DNA from: Chloroflexota bacterium
GTDB lineage: Bacteria > Chloroflexota > UBA11872
Length of the DNA: 64,000 nucleotides
Assembly: GCA_965263075.1 (NCBI GenBank)
Contig: CBDHGI010000006.1
Coordinates: forward strand, 402,929 to 466,928
Reading direction: 5' to 3'
Position 1 is the first letter of the stretch. Every line of letters starts with the position of its first letter. The notes under the pieces were generated by a model. It was given only the letters and a program-made list of their open reading frames with translations, did no database searches and had not been told where the DNA came from. This document shows positions 58,329 through 64,000 of the stretch, piece after piece. The position numbers and the translations under genes are program-made.

Positions 58329-58988
58329 CTACATCATCATGTCCATCATCGACATCTTGTTGATCTCGTCTTCCGAGATCCCGATGCCGTAGAGCACGCC
58401 GGCGTCGGTTCCCGCCAGGAACTCCTTCTCGGTACCTCGACCGATCACGTCAGCCGCGATGCGGTACGGCAGGCCCATAGTCATGTCCATGTCCTGGTCC
58501 ATGTCCATGTCCTGATCCATGTCCATGTCCTGATCCATGTCCATGTCCTGATCCATGTCCATGTCCTGATCCATGTCCATGTCCTGGTCCATGTCCGAAT
58601 CCGTGTCCATGTCCGAGTCCATGTCCATGTCCATGTCCGAATCCATGCCCATGCCCATGCCCATGTCCATGTCCATCGAGGCAGCTATACGCGCTTTGGC
58701 CACGGCGACGATGCGGTGGTAGTAGTGGAGATCCTTGTTGTGTTCTTCGATCCACTTAGCCTCGGCATCGGCGCCATAAACGGCGCGATAGGCGGACTGC
58801 ACATCAGCCGACTGGTCTTCAAGCCGCTGGCCGTCTGTGGCGGCCGGATGCATATCCGCCAGTGCCGGAGCCAGTGTTGTGAGGGCCAATGCACTCACGA
58901 GGATCAGAAGCATCAGCACACGCAATGGTGCGGGCAGAGAGATTGAACGAAGCACGGGAACGTGCCTTTCGTTAGAGTGACCCGCCAT
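58329..58988 (-). CDS. Exported Met/Asp-rich repeat protein. It has a signal peptide, an ~80-aa N-domain, an (Asp-Met)-rich tract MDMDMGMGMGMDSDMDMDMDSDMDTDSDMDQDMDMDQDMDMDQDMDMDQDMDMDQDMDM, and a C-terminal MSMMDMMM. Candidate Cu(I)/Ag(I) ligand or methionine oxidant sink.
   Basis: Minus-strand reading uses GC-preferred codons (GAC, CAG, ATG) across the repeat. The plus-strand reading is (HVHVLI)n, encoded only by CAT-His. Signal peptide MAGHSNERHVPVLRSISLPAPLRVLMLLILVSALALTTLAPALA. The start is uncertain: ATG at 58988, or the internal ATG of MLLILV. Confidence 0.65.
   Translation of the reverse strand: MAGHSNERHVPVLRSISLPAPLRVLMLLILVSALALTTLAPALADMHPAATDGQRLEDQSADVQSAYRAVYGADAEAKWIEEHNKDLHYYHRIVAVAKARIAASMDMDMGMGMGMDSDMDMDMDSDMDTDSDMDQDMDMDQDMDMDQDMDMDQDMDMDQDMDMDQDMDMTMGLPYRIAADVIGRGTEKEFLAGTDAGVLYGIGISEDEINKMSMMDMMM
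58478..58678. repeat. 18-nt tandem DNA repeat (catgtccatgtcctgatc, about 5 perfect plus degenerate flanking copies) encoding the DQDMDM repeats
   Basis: Read directly from lines 58441-58680. Confidence 0.9.
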
Positions 58989-59341
58989 CGTGACGGGCGA
59001 AGTCTGCCGACAGTCTTCTACGGATCCGTATGATCCGTCAAATTCGCATGGTGGACGGTAGACAACTCCGGTGTCCGTGCCGCCCGGCCTTTCGACAGCC
59101 TGAGGGATGACAACTGGCCTTGTGCGGCACCGGTGCCTGACACGACTCCACCCGGTTGCCGAGGACCGCGAAACCATGTTGACCGGCCTCATGACCAGGG
59201 AGCCTTACGGGATTGTTAGGCGCTGGGGCGGGGGCGGGAGCTACCCGGTTCCGTTTACCTCGGGCATGGGGGTGGGGCGGACAATGGATTGCCGCTCGCC
59301 GATTGCGCGGGGACAAGCTTCGCAGGAAGGACGGAGGGATT

Positions 59342-59473
59342 ATGCGAAAGTCCAATTTGGACGAGCGCGGGCACGATCACGGCGGCATGGTCGATCTCAG
59401 CCGTCCATCCAGTAGTCCCGAATCTCGATCTGGACGCGGGCTGTGGGGGCGCCGCATGCGCTTGCCGGTGTAA
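59342..59473 (+). CDS. Hypothetical 44-aa peptide (MRKSNLDERGHDHGGMVDLSRPSSSPESRSGRGLWGRRMRLPV) with a strong ribosome-binding site
   Basis: GGAGGG 3 nt upstream of the ATG at 59342. Lies in the divergent region between the Met/Asp-rich gene and the molybdoenzyme gene. Not in the ORF track as such (it is embedded in the 59213..59473 ORF). Confidence 0.35.
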   Translation: MRKSNLDERGHDHGGMVDLSRPSSSPESRSGRGLWGRRMRLPV

Positions 59474-59801
59474 ACGCAGGCTTGCGGTCCGTCCATTTGC
59501 TGGCGGCCACCAGTCACGCTGCGCTCCGCGAGCGCTGGGATGGCGCGCCGCGCCGACCGTGGGATCGCTTCCACAAATTGGCCCGAGCTGATCGAACACG
59601 CCATAGAATGGCGTGCGGATGTTGAGAGGTCGGTTGCCTGTGTTTTCGCAGGCTGATGCCGTGCATTGACCGGGCGTTGGGATACGGAGAGGATCCTGCC
59701 CGCAACAAGCTGAGCATCGACGACATGCGGCGGACTTGGCACCCGGTCCGGCCACATGCGCCTCTGAATATATGCGAGCACTGTGCGCCTAGGAGGAACG
59801 G

Positions 59802-61892
59802 ATGGCTGACGAAAGCGACGGGCGGCTGGTCCCAAATTTGAACTCCCTGGCACGAGGCGGTCTGGCAGGGCTCTTGTCCGGGCTGCTGACTGTGGGTGTG
59901 AGCGAACTGTACGCGGGAATCTTCGGTGGTTTGCCGTCGCTCCTCGTCTCCATGAGCGGCCGGATCGTCGACCTGAGTCCGCGGGCCATGGAAGAGTTCG
60001 CTATTAGCGTATTCGGCACCAGCGACAAGCTTGCCCTCGTCATCTTTCTTGTGGTGCTCAGCGGAATATTCGGCGCCACCCTCGGCGTCGTGGCACTGCG
60101 GTCTCGACCGGCGGCGGTGGCGGGATTTGCGGCATTCGGAATCCTGGCAGGTCTGGCGAACGCAGTCGACGCCCAATCAACGCCGGCCCATGCGGCGGCC
60201 GCGGCTGCAGTTTCGGTGGCGGCGGCGGTGGCGGCGCTCTTGTGGCTCATCCGCATGACCCGGGAGCCGACGCGTGCCACTGAGGCGGCGTCGGCCATCC
60301 AGATGCAGCGACAGCGACGGCTCTTTCTTGGCACAGCCACGCTAGTTGCCGCGACCTCAGTCGTTACCGGTGTCTTAGGACGCAATTTGATCGAGCGCGC
60401 CAAGGTGGGCGTCGCCAATCGCGAGGATGTGGTGCTGCCTGCCGTACGCAGCCGCGCGGCGGTGACGCTCCCGACGCCGGCGGCCAGCACCGCCGAGACG
60501 CTCGCGCCTCCGGCACCGCCGACGGTCGCGGCGATCCCGACGCCCAGCTCCATAGCGCCCCCCACGCCCGCGGCGACCCCGTCGCCCGTCACGACAGCGT
60601 CTCCCACGCCCGTGACCGTGGCCAGCGCCGCCGAGACGGCCACGCCCACGGCACCTCCGACGGTCGTGGCGACCCACTCTCCCACGCCCGAGTCGACGCC
60701 GGAGCCCACGCCCGAGCCCACGCCGGAATCGACGCCGGAATCGACGCCGGAGCCCACACCCCAGCCAACGCCCGTGACCGTGGCCAGCGCCGCCGAGACG
60801 GCCGCGCCTACGGCACCTCCGACGGTCGCGGCGACACCGCCACCCACGCCCGAGCCGACGCCGGAGCCCACGCCCGAGCCCACGCCTGAGCCCACGCCCG
60901 AGCCGACGCCCGAGCCCACGCCTGAGCTGACGCCCGAGCCGACGCCGGAGCCGACGCCGGAGCCAGCCCGGCCGCTGACGACGACGACAGTTGGCGTGGA
61001 CGGGATGCCGCCGCTCGTCACGCCCAACAACGACTTCTACCGCATTGACACCGCGTTCTCGATTCCACGCGTGGACGTCAATGACTGGCGGCTCAACATC
61101 ACGGGCCTGGTGGAGCGTCCCTACAGCATTTCCTTCGCCGAGCTGCTCGGGCTCTCGGTCTTTGAGGAATTCATAACGCTGTGCTGCGTCTCCAACGAAG
61201 TGGGCGGAGAACTGATCGGCAATGCCACGTGGCAGGGGGTGCCGATATGGCACCTGGTTAATCATGCCGGGGTGAAGAGTGAAGCCACCCAAATCGTTGG
61301 ACGGTCCGTTGACGGCTTTACGGTCGGGTTTCCGCGCGATGTGGCGTTCGATGGACGTCCGGCGCTGGTCGCCGTGGGCATGAACGGCGAGCCGCTACCG
61401 TTCGAGCACGGCTTTCCGGCGCGCATGATTGTGTCAGGCCTCTATGGCTATGTGTCCGCCACGAAGTGGCTGCAGGAAATTGAACTCACAACCTGGGAAG
61501 GGTTCAACGGCTACTGGATCCCGCGAGGGTGGTCCAAGCAAGGTCCCGTCAAGACGCAATCCCGGATCGACGTTCCCAGGCCCTCATCGACGGGTATCAA
61601 GCCTGGCTTGCAGGCCATTGCCGGTGTGGCGTGGGCGCAGAACCGCGGCATCAGCAATGTGGAGGTGCAGATCGACGGCGGCGACTGGAATGAAGCAAGG
61701 CTCGCCTTGCCGATCAGCCAGCACACCTGGGTGCAGTGGCTGTCGGAGTGGGAGGCCACCCCGGGCCCGCACGTTGCCAGGGTGCGCGCGACCGACGCCA
61801 ACGGCGAGCTGCAAGCCGAGGGTCCCAGGCCACCAGCGCCGAACGGCGCCGAGGGCTGGCATCAAATCAACTTCCAGGTCGCTGACCAGTGA
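59802..61892 (+). CDS. Sulfite-oxidase-family molybdopterin oxidoreductase with an N-terminal ~150-aa 4-TM domain, an internal Tat-like motif (QRRLFLGTATLVAATSVV), a Pro/Thr/Glu-rich (PTPE)n linker, a Mo-binding domain and a C-terminal Ig-like dimerisation-type domain
   Basis: AGGAGG 6 nt upstream of the ATG at 59802. Mo-domain blocks PLVTPNNDFYRID, W.L.I.GLVERP.SISFAEL and CVSNEVGG. An internal in-frame ATG at 60255 gives MTREPTRATEAASAIQMQRQRRLFLG, which looks like a stand-alone Tat signal. Confidence 0.75.
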   Translation: MADESDGRLVPNLNSLARGGLAGLLSGLLTVGVSELYAGIFGGLPSLLVSMSGRIVDLSPRAMEEFAISVFGTSDKLALVIFLVVLSGIFGATLGVVALRSRPAAVAGFAAFGILAGLANAVDAQSTPAHAAAAAAVSVAAAVAALLWLIRMTREPTRATEAASAIQMQRQRRLFLGTATLVAATSVVTGVLGRNLIERAKVGVANREDVVLPAVRSRAAVTLPTPAASTAETLAPPAPPTVAAIPTPSSIAPPTPAATPSPVTTASPTPVTVASAAETATPTAPPTVVATHSPTPESTPEPTPEPTPESTPESTPEPTPQPTPVTVASAAETAAPTAPPTVAATPPPTPEPTPEPTPEPTPEPTPEPTPEPTPELTPEPTPEPTPEPARPLTTTTVGVDGMPPLVTPNNDFYRIDTAFSIPRVDVNDWRLNITGLVERPYSISFAELLGLSVFEEFITLCCVSNEVGGELIGNATWQGVPIWHLVNHAGVKSEATQIVGRSVDGFTVGFPRDVAFDGRPALVAVGMNGEPLPFEHGFPARMIVSGLYGYVSATKWLQEIELTTWEGFNGYWIPRGWSKQGPVKTQSRIDVPRPSSTGIKPGLQAIAGVAWAQNRGISNVEVQIDGGDWNEARLALPISQHTWVQWLSEWEATPGPHVARVRATDANGELQAEGPRPPAPNGAEGWHQINFQVADQ
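60590..60962. repeat. Nested coding tandem repeats: 2 x ~190-nt unit (PVTVASAAETA.PTAPPTV.AT) each followed by a 12-nt (ccc acg ccc gag = PTPE) array, about 20 copies in total
   Basis: Read directly, for example 60841-60960 acgcccgagccgacgccggagcccacgcccgagcccacgcctgagcccacgcccgagccgacg... Confidence 0.85.
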
Positions 61893-62252
61893 GCGCCGCC
61901 GTGCGAAACCACGTTGGCGGCGGCGCTCCGCACGGCTCTGACGTAAATGGACGGCGCCTCCTCGGCACGTAAGACCACGCGGCGCCCTCGAGCGCGAGGG
62001 TGAGCCTTGGTCAACGCGCGCGAAGCGTCGGAACGCCGGCGGAAACCAGGGCGCGGCGCACTTGGTTGGGCAGGCGATGGGGCGGCAGTGAGTCGTGGAC
62101 AGTTGAGCGTGGGATCCGGGTGTTGGGCGGAGGGATGGGGATCGGAGGTGGCCGGTTCGGGCATGGGGGCGGTGGAGGGCAGCAGATGGATTCCCGCTTC
62201 CCGCCTGCGCGGGGACAGGCTTGGCGGAAAGACGGGATCGGGGCGGAGGTGC

Positions 62253-63671
62253 TTAGGTACCGGCAATCCGCTGAACATCGCCTACGGTGATGAAGAGAAC
62301 GAGCGTCAACAGCACCACGATCCCCACGAAATGGAAGGCGGCTTCGCGGCGGGGCGGCACGCGGCGTCTCGTCAGCAGTTCGACCACGACGAAGATCAGC
62401 CGTCCGCCGTCCAGTCCCGGCCAGGGCGCCAGGTTAAGCAGTCCGATCTGCGCGGTGAGGAAGGCGGCCAGGATAAATACGATCTCGGGTCCCTGCCGGG
62501 CCGCGACGCCCACGGTTTGAACAATGCCGACCGGGCCGGCCAGCTCCAGCGGCTGGACACCGGCCACCGCCTCTCCGATTACTCGCGGCAGAAGGAGCAG
62601 GGCGTCCCACGTGCGCTGCAGAGCGCGCGGAATGGCCACGTGAATGGGAGCGGGACCTACGGTCGCTCGTAGCTGGATGCCCAGCGCACCCTGCCCCGGC
62701 GGCGGATTCAGACGAGGGGTGGCGACGAGGGAAAGCTCGGCCTCCTGACGGCTGACGACGATGGTCACTTCCCGACCGGCGGCGGTCCGAACGGCGTCTC
62801 GAACGTCGGTCGGCGAGACGATGTCTCGCTCGCCGATGCGCAACAACTGGTCGCCCGCCTGCAATCCCGAATGGGCGGCCGGCGAGTCCGGAACGATGCC
62901 AGTTACCAGGCTGCCGGTGACGTCCGCAATCATGGCCGCGACCAGGAAGAGGAGCGGCGTCAGCAAGACGTTCATCAGCGGTCCGGCCAACAGAATGAGG
63001 CCGCGCTGCCAGGCCGGACGGGTCATGAAGCTGCCTGGCGCGTCGAACTCCTCGCTTTCGCCGGTCATGCGCACGTAGCCGCCCAGCGGCACCAGGTTCA
63101 GGGCAAACCGCGTGGCGCCAATGCGCACGCGCGTCTCGTGCTGGCCGTCCGCATTGCGACACGTCTCGATGGCGGCTTCGCGGCCGGCGGCGTCGGTGAG
63201 AATATTCACCGCGTCAGAACGGCTGACGCCGACCACCGGGATAGGCATTGCCGCAAGGTCGGTCGCATCTTCGATGGACAGGGGTTCAGCGACGACCAGT
63301 CCAGCAGCTGAACTCGCGGCCGCGTGGGCGGCGTCAGCCCGCAAGTAGGCGCCTTCGCCGTCGAGGACGACGATTGCTTTTGCGAGGTTTGAAGCCGGAT
63401 CGCCGCTCCAGAGGCGAACCAGGCGACCGTCCAGATCGATCGGATCCTGCGTAAGCGGAACCGCGTCGTAGGCGTTCCCGCCGCGCAGAACGGACCTAAG
63501 TCGCGGTGGGAATCCGATGGCGAACTCTTTGACGTGGACGCCGAAGCGCCTCGCAGCCAAGAAATGGCCGAGTTCGTGAACGAAGACGATGACGCTTAGG
63601 AGACCGAGCGCCAGCGGGAGCGTGACCAGCAGGCCCGCCTCGCTATTGAGGAGGGCCGCGATCGGATTCAT
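62253..63671 (-). CDS. rseP: RIP metalloprotease RseP (site-2 protease, M50 family) with PDZ domain
   Basis: HELGHFLAARRFG (HExxH) at the N-terminus, central PDZ, and the C-terminal LDGG motif (NLAPWPGLDGGRL). Confidence 0.85.
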   Translation of the reverse strand: MNPIAALLNSEAGLLVTLPLALGLLSVIVFVHELGHFLAARRFGVHVKEFAIGFPPRLRSVLRGGNAYDAVPLTQDPIDLDGRLVRLWSGDPASNLAKAIVVLDGEGAYLRADAAHAAASSAAGLVVAEPLSIEDATDLAAMPIPVVGVSRSDAVNILTDAAGREAAIETCRNADGQHETRVRIGATRFALNLVPLGGYVRMTGESEEFDAPGSFMTRPAWQRGLILLAGPLMNVLLTPLLFLVAAMIADVTGSLVTGIVPDSPAAHSGLQAGDQLLRIGERDIVSPTDVRDAVRTAAGREVTIVVSRQEAELSLVATPRLNPPPGQGALGIQLRATVGPAPIHVAIPRALQRTWDALLLLPRVIGEAVAGVQPLELAGPVGIVQTVGVAARQGPEIVFILAAFLTAQIGLLNLAPWPGLDGGRLIFVVVELLTRRRVPPRREAAFHFVGIVVLLTLVLFITVGDVQRIAGT

Positions 63672-64000
63672 GCCTCCGCCAGGCGCGCCTGAACGAATTC
63701 GAACCCACGCCGGTGCGCGGCCAACGCTGCACCCAAGTCGTCAAGCGGGTCCGGTGGAATCGCGTCCATGGCGGCTTGGATGGCGTCGGTCATCTCGCCA
63801 AACGGGCCGCCCCCATCGATGAACCAGGCCGTCGCGGCATCGTCCGCGCCGCAGAGTGTGGCGGGCGCTGTGCCGCCCGCCGCGCCAGCAGCGCGCGCGA
63901 GCGCCAACAGGGGAAACCGTCGCTCGTCCGGCTGCTCGAAGGTCAGGCGCGAAAGCGTTCGCAGGTCCAGGGGCGCGTGCGCCTCCGGCAGGCGCTCGGG
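63668..64000 (-). CDS. dxr: 1-deoxy-D-xylulose 5-phosphate reductoisomerase, C-terminal part (5' end beyond the window edge)
   Basis: Minus frame open from 64000 down to the stop at 63668. LTFEQPDERRFPLLALARAAG ... LCGADDAATAWFIDGGGPFGEM matches the Dxr C-terminal region (LTFE.PD...FP ... LNAANE.AV.AFL). Overlaps the rseP start by 4 nt. Confidence 0.75.
   Translation of the reverse strand, partial: PERLPEAHAPLDLRTLSRLTFEQPDERRFPLLALARAAGAAGGTAPATLCGADDAATAWFIDGGGPFGEMTDAIQAAMDAIPPDPLDDLGAALAAHRRGFEFVQARLAEA

Noticed and set aside
58146-58946. 266-aa plus-strand ORF with (HVHVLI)n His-rich repeats
   Set aside because: It is the antisense reading of the Asp-Met repeat gene. All His are CAT, atypical for this GC-rich genome. 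There is no signal peptide or sensible boundaries, and it extends across the ispG upstream region.
58478-60962. Tandem repeats as possible CRISPR arrays
   Set aside because: Periods of 18 and 12 nt with no unique spacers. Both lie inside ORFs and encode peptide repeats. No cas genes in the window.
60375-61292. 305-aa Arg/Gly-rich minus ORF (RRLRRRLGRGL...)
   Set aside because: Antisense of the (PTPE)n coding repeat of the molybdoenzyme gene.

Overview
GC-rich (roughly two-thirds G+C by eye) bacterial chromosomal segment, densely coding on both strands. I find about 55 protein-coding genes, one tRNA-Arg(TCT), and no rRNA or CRISPR. Housekeeping blocks: (i) ndk-sucC-sucD-korA-korB (TCA cycle/2-oxoacid:ferredoxin oxidoreductase); (ii) a minus-strand operon with a sugar-phosphate isomerase, split ADP-heptose genes (heptose-7-P kinase and heptose-1-P adenylyltransferase), murJ and a TPP enzyme; (iii) dapF-dapL-hflX-ceramidase-like; (iv) metF-fchA-folD-fhs (formate/THF C1 module); (v) mutS-mutL; (vi) ispG; (vii) rseP-dxr running off the right edge. 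The left edge carries a partial sugar-binding SBP, an amidohydrolase and a GH32-like enzyme. Accessory or unusual content: (1) a 1532-aa secreted protein built from three ~470-aa units, each a DxDxDG calcium-loop-like start, a GYELTR/ATFEGNxH block and 8-10 GGLVG-SYATG (GLUG-like) beta-helix repeats. It sits in a locus with three miaA copies in the same orientation, one intact and two decayed, plus cadherin-like and lipoprotein gene fragments. (2) A divergent pair consisting of an exported protein with an (Asp-Met) repeat tract, a 44-aa peptide with a strong Shine-Dalgarno, and a sulfite-oxidase-family molybdoenzyme that has an N-terminal membrane domain, an internal Tat-like RRxFLG motif and a (PTPE)n linker. 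I propose this as a candidate periplasmic methionine/metal redox system, the main candidate for an undescribed system. (3) Three tandem paralogous 4-TM membrane proteins of unknown family. (4) A tyrosine recombinase preceded by a 1-kb non-coding tract with a perfect AT-rich 14-bp inverted repeat, 4.7 kb from the tRNA-Arg. (5) A secreted S1 protease with a duplicated Cys-containing N-terminal module. (6) Tandem VanZ paralogs. (7) A TPR protein translationally coupled to a Roadblock/LC7 protein. (8) A 42-aa hyper-basic ORF with an AT-rich upstream region. All calls were made by eye from the sequence and ORF track; family assignments rest on recognisable motifs and have not been run against databases.
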